Shown one piece after another: positions 24,141 through 37,282 of a stretch of DNA of 64,000 nucleotides; the stretch's first letter is position 1; each line of letters opens with the position of its first letter. The position numbers were made by a program, and so were the translations under genes. The notes under the pieces are model-generated. The model searched no databases. It was not told where the DNA came from and saw only the letters and a list, made by a program, of their open reading frames with translations. This stretch comes from Chara braunii. Lineage: Eukaryota; Plantae; Charophyceae. The stretch covers positions 1,899,906 through 1,963,905 of the forward strand of contig BFEA01000004.1 of the NCBI GenBank assembly GCA_003427395.1, given 5' to 3'.

Positions 24141-24926
24141 CTGGCGTTCTGCCATGTCATGGAACATATCTTTCTTTTCAGAACCTACCTACCACTACTC
24201 CTAACCCGTGCAAGCATAGCTTTCTACCTCTCTTCGGTGAAGGGAGGTTGCCTCTCTCCGTCGAGAGGGGTAACAGCATGTTTGCCCCTTTGCCCAAGCA
24301 TTTACGGTGCAGGGTTGGGGCCGCCAGTGGGGGCCCGGCAAACACAAGGACCGAGCATTTGCCAGTAACTGCGCCTCCCTTTTCATCTTCCCCCACCCCC
24401 ATCCTGTAACAGTAGAAGGCGCCGTAGATAGGGCAAAAAAAAAAAAAAAAGCAGACAACTCTTGAGATTCTTGAAGGTGCAGACTGGGGATGCGAAGTCT
24501 GCAAGTTCATTCATCTCTTAAAAAAAGGGAAAAAAGAAAATGGAAAGCCATCTACAGGGCATGAACAGATGATAGAAACAGGGTGATGATTTTTTTCATT
24601 TCTAGATCTATCATTCTGACAACAGTGCTGCCAACCTCCAGTCACAGTAGTCCTACTCAGAGTACGCCCTTGACTCCGCAGCGCGGTCTTCTATTTGCCC
24701 TTCTGTTGGGCTCACTTGATTTCTATCATCTGAGTTGGGTTCCTACATTCCGTCCAGTCAGGTCACCCCACCAAGTTGGTAAAAGGGTGATGGTCCTGAG
24801 TGGTAGACACTTAGGTATGACTGGGGGCGTAGATGGCGTCTCCTTGCCAAAGAGGCGGGACCCGGCTGGAAGCCTTCATATCCGAAGAAGAGAGGACTGT
24901 CATCAGCAACACCCTTCTGCACCCTG

Positions 24927-24927
<1 letters not shown>

Positions 24928-24962
<35 letters not shown>

Positions 24963-25089
24963 AAGGCCCTTGTGCAAGACCTCTATCCTGGTGGTGGTAA
25001 GAGAGCCACCGGGATTGAGGCTTTGCCTGGTGGGCCGCTCCATCTATTGGTGGGGAGCAACACCTGCTGGAAACTGGGTCCAGCGTCCC
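24928..25089 (-). mobile_element. LINE/SINE 3' end with long poly(A)
   Basis: Poly(T) 24928-24961; GGTGG/CCACC hairpin around TAAGAG; motif 25037-25089. Confidence 0.75.
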
Positions 25090-25861
25090 ATAAATACATC
25101 TTTGCTGCACAGTACACCAAGAGAGTGACGCCAAAGTGCTGGAAACCGGGTCCAGCGTCCCATATCCACTTTACTCTTCCTTACCTAACCTGCAGCAGGG
25201 TCGGGTATTGGGGGGGGACCACCGGGGGGCACCGGTGGAGTCTCTCTCCATCCCCTAGCCTCTGCCATCCACCGACTATCCTCATGGCGCCCATTGGACT
25301 CTGCAATAGCATGTGTTCTGAAAGGCTGAAGCAGCAAAAGACAGGCTGCAGAGAGATCAGCTGAGATCAGCTGAAATCTTTTGGCGAAATACAGAAGCAT
25401 TTTTTTTTTGGCCCATATACAAAGCCACTACCCTGGTGTCCCTCCCCTAGCTTCTGCCCTCCATCTGCTGTCCTCACTGCGTCCCGTGGCCCATGTGCCA
25501 CAATCAAAATATCTGAGCAAGAAGTGAGGATTGTGCGGTCTGCCAGCATTGAATACCCGGCAACCCAGGGGATTGACTGAGCAGGCCAAGGGAACTAAGA
25601 TTATCCAGGAATAACATCCTGCTGGAAACCGGGTCCTAAATCTTCCTTTATAGACCAGTGTTGTGCTGGGAACCGGGCCCAGCGTCCCTTACCCCATCTA
25701 CTCTTCCTGACTGAGAATGCACTGAAGGGGACAGGGATAAGCAGGGATAAACAGGGGTAAGCAAGGATGGGCAAGGATAACCAGATGAGCAGAAAACCAG
25801 AGGTAAGCAAAGCAGCTGAGTAGGCAGGACAGCAGGTAGCTAAATTAACTGGAATGGGTGA

Positions 25862-26695
25862 CTACTCGCCACTTTTTGAAGTGATACGTGCTGGAAGCCA
25901 TCCAGAGCCCCTATCAGCTACTCCGTTTATTGATATTGCTAGAAACCGGGTCTCATGCAACCAGTAGTTTTCTTCCAAGGCCAGGTGGTGGGGAGGAAAA
26001 GGGTCTGCGAAGTCCTGAGTCGGTCTTAGCGGGGTGCCGAGATCAATCGTGGTCCAGTCGTGAAAGATCAGCTGGTAGTCTCGTACTATCTCCGTCCGGG
26101 GTTCTCCCTGCGAGTCCCTTTCAGGTTGGTGGCCAGTCCATTTCACTTTGGCCACCCAACCCTCCCTCTCTCCACCCAGCCAATTTTTGCTGAATGTAGA
26201 GATTATCCTATTCATATCCCCCCAGGTATTCATTAGGTCGAGCTTTTCTTTAGCCGTCTTCCATTGGGCCGCTATCTCGTGTTGGACCAATGTTCGGATT
26301 TGCTCCATGGCCTCGCCGTCTTCCACCCTCGCCCCTTCTATCTCCCGACAGCACCTTATCCGCCATATAGTCCACAGGACACTCCGTCTGCCTAGGCTGA
26401 ACATATTTTCCTCAAATGTCTGTCCCTGGATTGGAGGGTAGTATCCCAAGAGAAGGGCCCTCCAGTCCCATGGCCAGACCGTGCCGGGGACAATGTGATG
26501 CCAGATCCTCTCCCAGCTTCTCCATAACAGTACTGATGCGGGACATTGGAGGAATATGTGTTCGATGGTCTCAGCCCTCCTCCTCCCTGGATAACTCAGG
26601 AGACATTTGTGGCACCATGGTAGTGCCTTCCCCTGTTGTTCCAGGCGGGTATGGTCAAACAACCAATCATTGGTTGGTGGACACCTATGCTCCAT
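25862..26695 (-). pseudogene. LINE (L1/Tx1-like) ORF2 C-terminal fragment with CCHC finger
   Basis: WCHKC..AETIEHIFLQCP..W..W..LWTIWRIRC is the zf-RVT-type signature; partial 3' motif downstream at 25665-25688. Confidence 0.8.
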
Positions 26696-26860
26696 TTGCC
26701 ACTGGAGTGCGGAGATCTTAGCAGGTCTTTTGTTGTAGTGTGCAAACCACCGTGCTCAGTTAATCCTCTGGAGATCCAGAGCAATCAATGTTGGGAGGCT
26801 TTTTTCTAGTTATTCTGTCAAGTTTTCCTTTTTATGATTCATTTGTTCTATTCTGTATCA

Positions 26861-27000
26861 GGGACGCTGGACCCGTTTTCCAGCAGGTGATGCTCCCCAC
26901 CAATAGATGGAGTCTCTCCACAAGGTGCTAGTGGTGTTTGCTCTTACCAGCACCACTAGCACTAGAGTCGTCCAAAAAAAAAAAAAAAAAAAAAAAAAAA
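26861..27000 (+). mobile_element. LINE 3' end (motif, 12-bp hairpin, poly(A))
   Basis: Motif 26861-26913; GTGCTAGTGGTG/CACCACTAGCAC stem with GCTCTTACCA in the loop; poly(A) 26974-27000. Confidence 0.8.
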
Positions 27001-27251
27001 GTGTTTGCACATCGCCGCTTATGTTGCATGAGTATATACTCTACTGTGACATACACACAGAGAACTGGCGGGGGATGCTGACCCCGTTCGAGTGGCTGCT
27101 TTCCATTTGTCTAGAATCCATTAATGGCTAGAATGTGTTTGCACATCGCCGCTTATGTTGCATGAGTAACATTGCTTGTTGGAGTGCCCCATGGCACAAC
27201 AGATATGGAGGTGGTGGGATGAAGCCTGGAGATCCCTAACTGGAAAATACC

Positions 27252-27337
27252 TTTTTTTTCTTTTTTTTTTCTTTTTTTCAAATGCTCCAATCTATTCGTG
27301 GGGAGCATCACGTGCTGGGAACCGGGCCCAGCGTCCC
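27252..27337 (-). mobile_element. LINE 3' motif (covariant variant) + poly(A)
   Basis: Same CGTG/CACG, GCTGGG/CCCAGC variant as the 6986 copy; poly(T) 27252-27278. Confidence 0.75.
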
Positions 27338-28459
27338 TTATAATGGGAATACATAGATGATTGACAATTGATGAAAATTTGGGATGATTGAGGATCATTT
27401 TGGATGATATAGGATGTCAGAGTGGGTGATTGAGGTCATGACATAGAACTAGATGATGACTAATCAGAAAGATTGTCTACTTAGCACTGAATTACTATCC
27501 TATCCCTAATTTCCTGTATTCATTCCAAACAACCAATCACAATTGAGCCCGTGCTGTGCACCAATCAGGCCTCTTCCCGGTCTCACACCCCAATCTGGCT
27601 CGGTTACAGGGCAGCGCTACCCACCCCAGCTCCGACCATCGTTGGCCAGATTGTAGCCATTAGTCAAGTTTGCAGATTGCCTTCCTCCCTCGGCAATTCC
27701 AGACCTCTATACAAAGGCTCAAGCTCCTACATAAGCAGGTTACAGGGCACTGCCCCAGCGCCGGCTAGCGTCGTTCTGGCGCCAACTCAACCTGGCCATT
27801 GCACAAGAAGACTCAAATAGGAAATTAGCTAATCTAGAATGCCAACCAGAAATCAAGGATCTGATAATATCAAAATCCTGATCAGCAAAACTTTCTAATG
27901 ATGAAACTTTCCTAGTACCCTGAGATGATCACAAAGATGATGGATAATGATGACGACGCTGATGATTCTTTCTCTCCACCCCTCCCCTTCTTCCATGTAT
28001 TCTCCTCCTCTCCCCTCATTTCCTCTTCTCCTCCCGCTGCCTCCGCTGAGCACAACCCCAGCCCCAACGAGAGAGAGAACCTCCCCATTCTCTACTACCT
28101 TGAGGTAACCAGTTCCCCCAAAAGGTGTACCTCAAAACTAACACTCTGACCTAGTCTGCCTCCGCCAAGAGATAATGCGCCCCCATACATATCTCCCAGC
28201 CCCAACCCAGGTCAGCTCCCATCATCAGCGTCTACTCCCTGGAGGGCAATCACCTCCCACCTTGTGTTACCCTTGCGGAGTAGCGCTCCCTTCCTGACCA
28301 ACATACCTACCAACTAGACCATAGCCTATCTGGGAGATGAGAATATAACCACCAACGCGGAGATAACTACTGATTGATGAAAAAATGAATAAAAAAGTCG
28401 TGATGATGATGATGATGATGATTGGTAGATGGTGATGATGATGATGATGATGATGATGA

Positions 28460-28981
28460 GAACGGAAAAATTTCCCAAAATTAAATAATCATTCTATAGT
28501 GAAATTACATTCTAAATTTTAAATTTTCATTCCATCTTAAAAAATGTCATTCCAATTTTAAAATTTTCCGTCTTACTTGAAAACTTTCCTTCCAAGAATG
28601 GGGTATCCCTTCTTATGTGAACTGCATGCTAGAGATGGAATGAAAGTGTGGACGAGTTCATGAAATATTTTAATTGGACTGTCATTCTAAGTTAGGATTT
28701 CCAGTCATAAATAGGTTAATCCAATCTAAATTAGAAGATATTTTTTGTAATAGAATGAAAGTTTAATTAAAACATTTTATAAACTCGTCCAGACTTTCAT
28801 TCCATCTTGAACAAATACATGTAGTTGGAAGGGAAAGCTCATATTTAGACGAAAACTTATCAAATAAAATTGAAAAATTTAGAATTTGACGAACATTGGA
28901 ATGATAATTTATGAATATGAAGGATTTTTTTTTTATGGAATGTTTTTTCAACTTTCATTTCTTGTGGGAATTTTTCTGTTT
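28460..28981. mobile_element. Foldback/MITE with long imperfect inverted arms, inside a (GAT)n tract
   Basis: Ends AACGGAAAAATTTCC / GGAATTTTTCTGTT; AGATGGAATGAAAGTGTGGACGAGTT (~28633) is inverted at ~28782-28807; TTTCCTTCCAA pairs with TTGGAAGGGAAA. Confidence 0.65.
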
Positions 28982-29001
28982 GATGATGATTCAGATTGGT
29001 A

Positions 29002-29032
<31 letters not shown>

Positions 29033-30099
29033 TAAAATTGGCAAAAATAATTAAGGAACGCCGAACTTGCGATACCCTAATGGCAATGGTGTGGAAGATC
29101 GACAGCTCACTATTGCTGTAATGAAAATAGAAGATGACGATGATTACGATTTTTACAGAGAAGTCCGGATGATAATCATGAAGAAGATAAAAAAAAGATA
29201 AATAACATGGATGACGAATTAGAGAAGCCGATGATGATTACCACCAGTAACTAAATGAGGATTACAGAAATGACGGTGCCCTTGATGAAAACCCCCCACT
29301 GAAAAGACAGTGATGAAAATCTCGATGCTCTTGATGGATAACCTGCACAAAACAAAAAACAGACGAAAACACATATATAGGTTGATGACGACCTCCTAGC
29401 CGCTCTCTTGATGACTCTTTCCAAGTGGCACTGTGATGATTCTTCAAGTAGGACCAACGTTCTCCGCACTTTGGTTTCCACGGGGCTGACTCCACTTTCC
29501 TCCACCGACATCGACTTTCGTCAACTCGCATGAGTTCTCCACCCTCTTTAAAGGTCTTGGCTATGGAGTACTTCATGTGAAAAACACATGGAAAATGTTC
29601 AAACAGCAGTTGCCGCTACCATTCTCCCGTTTCCTTTGTGCCTCAGGCCAGATGCCACATCAACCTGTGACGTAGTAATGACCCAGCGCCTCTGGATACC
29701 GCACGTGCGTCAAGCGCTATTCCCCATCTAATTCACAACATCACAACACCCTCGCACCAGCGCCTCCCTCACGTCGGCTGCCAACACCGCGCCACGTGTC
29801 AGCTAGCATCTTACTAGTCACCCCAAGCCAGCGCCTCGCCAGCCGCAAGTCACCAGCGCCCCACCACTCACCTGTTGCTAGTGCCTTGCCCCCCGCCAGC
29901 ATCCAGCGCCTCGCTGCACTCACACAGCCAGCGCCTCGCCATTCGTGAGAAGCCAGCGCCTCGCAACTTGTGAGAAGTCAGCGCCCCGCCACCTCCGACC
30001 AGCCTGCGCCTCGCCTGCAAACAACCATCATGCCACCATCCGTGTGCCGCGGCGACCCGCCAGCCATAGCGCTAGCGCTAACACGCGTCAGCCTTCTTT

Positions 30100-30520
30100 A
30101 AGCCCAACCAATTCAATTACCTGTCAAATATCTAACAGGAAAAGACCTACCATGGCAACCCAGCGCACTTTTGCTTGGATCTCCGCAACTCACGACTTCA
30201 TAATGGACAGCTTTCGAATATAAACTGTATCAAACCACAAGACTACCTGTCCTAATGACCATATGGACAGCAAGATGCGCCTTCGAGCGTCGTGAACATA
30301 CTTTCGGTCTACCCGAAGCTAAAACAGAAATTACGCAAACCATACAGGCCAATATCATAAAAGCATGGAAGGTACTTAAAGAGAGACTGACCACCATCAC
30401 AGATCAACAGCAAAGAGACAGTGAGGTGAACACATTTAAGGACATATGGTTTGACCCGCAGCGAAAGATAGCGGACGTGGACACACAATACAACATCAAA
30501 TGGGGCCTCTGGCCACCCCG
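30100..30520 (+). pseudogene. LINE ORF2 C-terminal remnant, interrupted near 30521
   Basis: TIWTARC..EAKTEITQTIQANIIKAWKVLKERL..FKDIWF resembles the other LINE C-termini. Confidence 0.55.
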
Positions 30521-32289
30521 GTGTCGCGCGCATCGGTCCGGCATCGCACCAGGGCAGCGCGAGACCCTCCCAGCCGCGTCACGCAGAAGTTGGTTTGAAT
30601 TCCTTCGTCGCAGATAATACATGTGGAGCTTCCTTAAGCCGCTCCGGCCGAGTGCACCAGCCATACCTCTCGCGAGCCCCTGCGACAGGATAGGGCCTAC
30701 GCGAGGCACGACTTACCTACACCTTACGGGAGTTGTCACCTCCCTTCGGTGGGCGTATCCCCGCCGAGCTACCAGTCCACAGTACGAAAGCTAAACAGTT
30801 GCAATCGCAGAGGAGGACCAGCCGAGGGCGTTTCTCGTTCGCTATAGCATAGGGGGTACGCGCGGTAATACGCCTCTATCGGACCCGCACGCGAATCGGC
30901 ATCTTGAGGGGCTGAGGTCCCAAGCGCAACCCGTCGTCGGTCGACTAGGACGCATCCCACACACCACGCACACTCCACTTTACAAACACACATACACATA
31001 AAACAACACATATACGAAACGACACAGTACAAACAACGCGACAACGCTCCTAGCCCTTCGGTAGCCAACCTATAACTTTCCAATGCGGAAATCAAATAGG
31101 CATAGCGCGCGAGACTTAGTATAAAACCGCGCGGACGCAGGGCTAACTCATATCGACTCGCAATGCAAGCGTACGCAAGTGGTTGCAATGATGGCCTACT
31201 ATGTAGTACCCATACTTACGCGGTCCTCGTTAATCTCGAGGGTCGCATTCGATACTCAAGTGTCGGCTGACACGCGCCTTGAGGGTTAATCTCTCGACGC
31301 TGAACAACTGCCATGCGCGGTTAAAGACCACACACCCTCTTCTGCACTCTGTGCAGAGTCGGTGGTACACAAATTCACACCTGTGGTGACATTCGTTTCT
31401 TACTGCCCTGGAGATGAGTCTCACTTAAGGTCTGGGCGAAAGTCAAGGGGTTTGACTTTGACGGCTGCCACGGACCACAACGTCCAACCATACAACTCTA
31501 AAACGCAAGGGCAAGGGGAGATCCCCCTTTTATCTCAAGGCATAATCTGACTAACCCTTATGCACAATCACAGTAGGCCTCGCAAATATTCAGGACACTC
31601 ATAAATATATGAGGTTTAATTATATAGGACGATCACTTCTCACAGTCACAACGGGGCTCCTCTCAACCACATATGTATGTAATCGCAGACAATCACGTCC
31701 AGAGTTCGAACCACAAACGCACTTGCAATCACATCAAAGATTCATCCAGAAGTCCATATACTACACGGGGTCAACTTCAATCATTCTCTATACTCATACC
31801 CCTTGCTTTAACCATGCAAGCCTCAACCTCGGTGCAACCTCCCCGCAATAAAAATACTCAGTATCTTCGTTAAATGGCCATTCAATAAAGTCCGGGTAAA
31901 AACACAATAAAATAAATAAACCACAGGGCTAAAGCCTTTAGGTTGAGTGGCAGGAGTGAATTGGAATTGAGTCGTAAAACCGACGAATCAGCAACCGACC
32001 TGTTATCTTTGATAACAGAAGATGATCCTCAAGGAATTAGGCTGAATCTAGTCCTGATCTTGAATCAGACACCCCAAACGACATGTAACACAAGATAGGT
32101 CAAATGCCCAAGCTAAATCATCAGCATATGGGGGATATACCTTCATACCACATTTTCACTCAAAGCTACCTGCCAACTAATTTCAAACCTACTTCTAAGC
32201 CAGTGCCCAAAGCAAAGGTAGACTAATGACAGAATCTCCCCTATTCAGGGTGGATCGCCAGAATCGCCACCTGTCAAAATATAATCTAA

Positions 32290-33000
32290 CTCCTTTAAAC
32301 TGAGAAAAATTCGGCAGCGCTTCCCGTAGGAAAAGTGTCTTTCCAGAATTTATATAAGTCCATATATGAAAGCAGAAATAATCTCTAACTCTGGAAAATC
32401 AAACTATGTCTAACTTCATGAAATAGCAAAAATTTGGGCATCATTCCCTTTAGAAAGCCTTTAGAAAGGGAGGCTTTACAGATTTATACTAATTCAGATA
32501 TTAAGGCAGAAATAATCTTAAACTCTGCAAAGTCAAATTCAGTCTAACTTCCTGAAACAGTAGAAATTTTGGCAGCATTTCCTTTAGAAAGGAAGATTTC
32601 CCAGATTTATACTAAGTCAGATATGAACTCGAACAACAGCTCGAGCTCAACTTTAGACATAATTTAACTAACTCCTTAATTTTTGTAGAAATTTCGGCAA
32701 CACTCCCTCTAAAAAAGAATTATTCCAAAATTTATATAAGGCTGAGTTCAGAACTTAAGAATAACTTCGACTTCTCAAAGTCCAATTTTCTCTAACTCCC
32801 TGAATTAGTAAAAATTTTGGCAGCACTCCCTTTAGAAAAGGAGACTTTCCAGATTCCTACTAAGCCCGATATATGGAAAAGACAAGTTGAACTCTAACAA
32901 GTCCAAAGTTGACTAACTCCTTGGATTTGTAGAAATTTCGGCAGCGCTTCCCGTAGGAGAAGTAGTTTGTCAAGATTTATACAAAGCCAAATATAAGAAA
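32290..33000. repeat. ~124-bp tandem array, ~6 units; ~5 units at 42500-43030
   Basis: AAATTT(C/T)GGCA(G/A)C..CCC recurs at ~32308, 32431, 32565, 32689, 32812, 32933. Confidence 0.8.
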
Positions 33001-36000
33001 AGATCCCAGAAAAAGCAGGAATTGACCTAAGTAAAAAACGTTATTGCAGAAAATGCAGGAATTGACGCTAACTCCTATGGCTCTAGCACGTGGCGAGCAA
33101 CTAAAGCAACTACCTATCAACCTGAAACTCGGACTAAGTAGTAGCCTCACTCAGTCACATGCAAGCCAAACCACAAAGGTAAGTACTCTCACCAGCCCCA
33201 AGTTCATTCCATATAGATAGTTTATGAATCTTTTAAGTCCTTGAACCCTTATTTTCCTCTTACATAAGACATAGAATTGGACTATTCGCGATGGAAACAA
33301 TGTCCAGTTTTCCCTTAAGATATACACGAACAAGTTGCACAACTACTTCTCTCTTCTTTTGGGCATATGACTAGGTCATTCTTCATGGAAACAATGCCTC
33401 GCCGCCCTGAGCAGTTTAATATCCAAAATTTAGTATTTTTCTGACTTTGTTTTCAGAAAGGAAAGCAAATATGGGCAGGGGACTGAACCATTCGTCATGG
33501 AAACAATGTTCAGCTTGCCCAGACTATTTTCATTTATACTTCGTATTTTTTCCTTTCTCTTCCTGATGATATGGCTTAACGCTGGACCATTCACCGTAGA
33601 AACAATGTCGAGCTGCCAGTTCACATGCAAATATACATAAAGTACTTTCCTTTATACTCAGTTTAATTTATGTGCGTGGTTTTCAGGCTAAACCATTCAC
33701 CATGAAAACAATGTTTAGCCTTAGACCAAAAATCCTCCCTCAAAATAAACAAGAATTTAAACCCCTTCAATCAGACAACCCTCAAAGTTAACTAGAGTAA
33801 ACAGGTCATTCACAGTAGAAACAATGTTTGGTCCCCCAGAAAACAACTAGATAAACATAGCAACCAGGTCATTCAGAGTAGAAACAATGCCTGATCCTTC
33901 AGAAAACAGCCAAATAAACATAGCCTTGGGCCATTCACAGTAGAAACAATGCTCAGGCTTTGGTTGACGCTTCCAAACGCATGCAAAACTGCCTTTCTCC
34001 AACCTTCCCCCAGTTTATCCCTTTGTCTGCTTTCAGTCAGAATAAAGAAGGAACTTGAACTTCACTCTCACACTTTTTTTTCCTTTAGTCTGATTATGTC
34101 TTGAAGACAAAGCAAAATCATAGGGACAACCTCATGCATACAACAGTCATACTGCAGGGGGATAAACAAACATGGGTGGTAGTAGGCTGTACAGATGAAA
34201 GTGGTCTACCTGACGATTCCTTGCCTCCAGAACTCCTCCTGAGTTCCGGCAGAGCTCCCGCAATTAGTGGGTGGACTCCCCACAGAGTCTTGACGCGGAC
34301 CTACGGGTTGCAATCCCGCCTGCCGCCTTCCTCTCGTAAACAATAAACTAGACGTAGAGTCAGAAGGGCAGAAGTAGGGAGTTTGAGTCGCTCAGATACA
34401 AGAGGGGTGCTCTCAGACTCGCAGGAGAGGGCCTTGTTGTCTTCAAGCGCCTGAGGGCCCCGCAATGGTGGCCAAAACGTAGCCGCTTGGTCAACTATAA
34501 GGCAATTGTTGCGGTCGAGCCTCTGACGATCTCCCAGTTCGCAACACTACCTTCCTTTAACAGACCTACCCTTCCCACGGTTGTCCCCTCGGCCTCTCCG
34601 TTAGTCCGCTCGGCGGAACGGTCGTGCCTCAGTCCATAGGTGAGCATGCCATCCTCCAGCTCCCCTCCATGATATCTCATGCAGTAATACGACCAGCACG
34701 CTGCTAGAGTGACGACACACCGCAACTCGTAGTAGCCTGTGCGCAGTCAAATGGATCAGCAACAGCAACCTGCGCTCCGTCCCCCGAACCAACAGCGACC
34801 CTCCCAGCAACACCGTTCGAGCATACCACTCAGCTTGCTTCGTCGGCAGCGCTTCGCGGGTCGAACGGTATCTGGCCACCGCGTGGGATACAAGCAACAG
34901 GTGAGAGATACGACCGTTTCCTTCTTCTTCTTCTTCTTATCGACCGCGTGGCTAACACCGCTCATAGAGCCCTGAAAAAGTTTCTCAGATACAGTCTGAA
35001 CTCGACTGTGGAACGCAGGTTGGGCTCGAATGTGGAACACGGGCTGGGCTCGGTTGGGAAACACGGGCCGAGCTCGACTGTTGGCCACAGGCTGGGCTTG
35101 CTCCAGGACGAAGACTCCCACAGTCTGTCGTGGCAGACGACCGTCACCGCCAGCAGGTAGGTGCCTTCCCTTCTCCCCTCTCTACTATGACTCTCCACTT
35201 CCCTCTCTCTGTGTGCATTCCTCCGAAAGGTACCCGGCCGGCTTCTAGGGCCGGATACGTGCACTGTTTCTCACTTCCTTCCTCACACTCCTCTCCTTAG
35301 CGCATGTAATCTTTATGATGAACCGGGTGAATACGTGTGAGGCAGCGGACTGAAACCCACGACCACACCCACGCCCCACCATGTGCCATACACCACAGTT
35401 CCCACAATAGAATGCGGCCACATTGCGATATCCAAATCGGCCCCCTGCACTCGCTCAGTCGGTTGGCCGTAAGCAGCCCGTTCTCCCCCTCAAGAATCGT
35501 GCGCAACGCTCACCTTCTCCGTGCGCACTGGGCTACAGAGAGGGGCTCTTCCCCCGGACAGGATCGGCGGCTCATTATCCGAAGGTAAGTCTTCCACCCC
35601 GCGGCTGTCCATCCCGCCTCTCTACTTCGATAGGGTGTATAACACGGGTGAACCTGCCCGCAAAAGGTGGCCAGAGTTGCTCTGCACTCAAACAATAACA
35701 ACTTAACTACTCCCCTGGGCATCCGTTCCCCCCACTACCATCGATAGGATGCGCGACACATCGAACAACAGGCAAGTCTCAAACCCCCCGGCTCGCTCCC
35801 ACGCTGCTCCTCTCCGAATAAATGAACAAGACCGGAATGAATCTTTCGGAAGACCCCGGCCAGGTGCACTCACCCTACTGGCTCCACCCCGGGGCGCAGC
35901 TCCTTACTATCATAACCCAAAATCTAACCATGGAACTCTCGATCCACCCCCGTCATCCTACTCACAGTACTCTAGAACCCCTGACTAGGATCGCTCCTCG

Positions 36001-36720
36001 CCCGTTTCCATCGCGAAATGGGCGAGTTATCCCTTCTTCTTACTCACCTCTCCCGCTGCCCGCCATAGCCCGACGCACCTCCTTTCTCTACTAACAACCA
36101 ACTTGAATCTACTAACTTTCGTACTGATCCGTCTTCAGATTCGGGGTCGCCACCCCCGAAAAAACCCCGTTTTACTCCTTTCACGTGATTCCGTAGGGAA
36201 ACGAGGGGCCATCGTTCTTCCTCCGCCATCTCCCGATAGCCTCGCGCACCATGTCCTCCTACTAACCCCGTTTCTACTAACTCTTAATCCAGTCTATCTC
36301 CACTATGACGGTCGCCCGGGGTCAAAACCCCGGAATCACCTTTTGTCCCGCCCGTTCTCTTCAAGGATCGGGAGGATCTCATGTCTTTGGCTTCCTCCCG
36401 CTCGTTCCTACGTCCGCCATGGCTCCCCCCCCCCTTTCCGCATGCACCTAGCGCATTAACCCGGCCGGGTTCAGCCGGCTTCTCCTCCCCTCTGCTGCGC
36501 CCGCCACTCCGTGATCGTCCGCCCGTCTCCTCCTCACTGCGCTTCACCCCGCATGTACCTGCCGCAGGGTCCCCAACCGATTCATCTGTCTCCCTCGTTA
36601 GCTCCACCCTCTCCTCTTCACCGCACTTTCCCCTGTTAGCGCACCCCGACGACGTGCGGCCTACTGCACTAGCGCAACCACCGGTCAGTCGGGCCCGACT
36701 ACGACTCCCGACCGTCTTTA

Positions 36721-36831
36721 GGGGAACTTCGGAGGGAACCAGCTACGAGCGGTCCAATTAGTCTTTCGCCCCTATACCCAAGTCCGACGAACGATTTGCA
36801 GGTCTCTATCGTTTCCCGCCTCCACAAAGAG
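36721..36831 (-). rRNA. Degenerate LSU (25S) rRNA fragment, not a functional gene
   Basis: AACTTCGGAGGGAACCAGCTAC..ATTAGTCTTTCGCCCCTATACCCAAGTC.GACGAACGATTTGCA matches the reverse complement of conserved eukaryotic LSU beside the LR5 primer site (from memory). Confidence 0.85.
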
Positions 36832-37124
36832 CCTCCCCTGTTCAACTCAGGCCGAGCGGACCTCACTTCCTCCTAACGCCTGCTCCTCCGCATACACCCG
36901 ACGCCTATCCCGTCCAAGTCCATTCACCCCCTTTCTACTGCGTCCGGCTTGCCCTTTCCGCCATCCTCACTCCGAAGGTACCCGGCTCCTACCCTCGTCT
37001 GGGTACATCCCCTGTTGCCTTGCTGCGGTAGGACGTGTAACTGCACGCCAAATTCCCGATACCGCAAAACACACCAACCGCTACCGACAGCGGATCGAGA
37101 TCACAGACGTCGAGCTCTACTAGA

Positions 37125-37282
37125 GAGTGTGTAACAACCCCCCCCTGTCGAATCAGCCAATGCTACTGATTCCCGCCTGCCCGTAAACTCCAGCTACCCC
37201 GAGGGAAAACTTCGGAAGTTAGTCCCTCGCCCCTACACCCTGCTCACCGACTAACGACTACGGCACTACCGCTGCGGGCCCC
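37125..37282. rRNA. Two further LSU fragments, sense then antisense
   Basis: GAGTGTGTAACAAC..CCTG.CGAATCA (sense, 37125-37155); CTCCAGCTA.CC.GAGGGAAAACTTCGG..TTAGTC..TCGCCCCTA.ACCC (antisense, LR5-like). Confidence 0.65.

Noticed and set aside
29251-29640. Possible exon with a minus-strand splice acceptor
   Set aside because: No recognisable domain and stops in the candidate frames.
33277-33958. CRISPR array or hammerhead ribozymes
   Set aside because: Repeats are not identical, spacing is irregular and no cas genes are present; GAAAC occurs but without a CTGANGA core.
35647-35657. 18S 3'-end-like 11-mers (GGTGAACCTGC; CCTTCCGCAGG near 47264)
   Set aside because: Too short to call without a search, though they lie near the LSU fragments.
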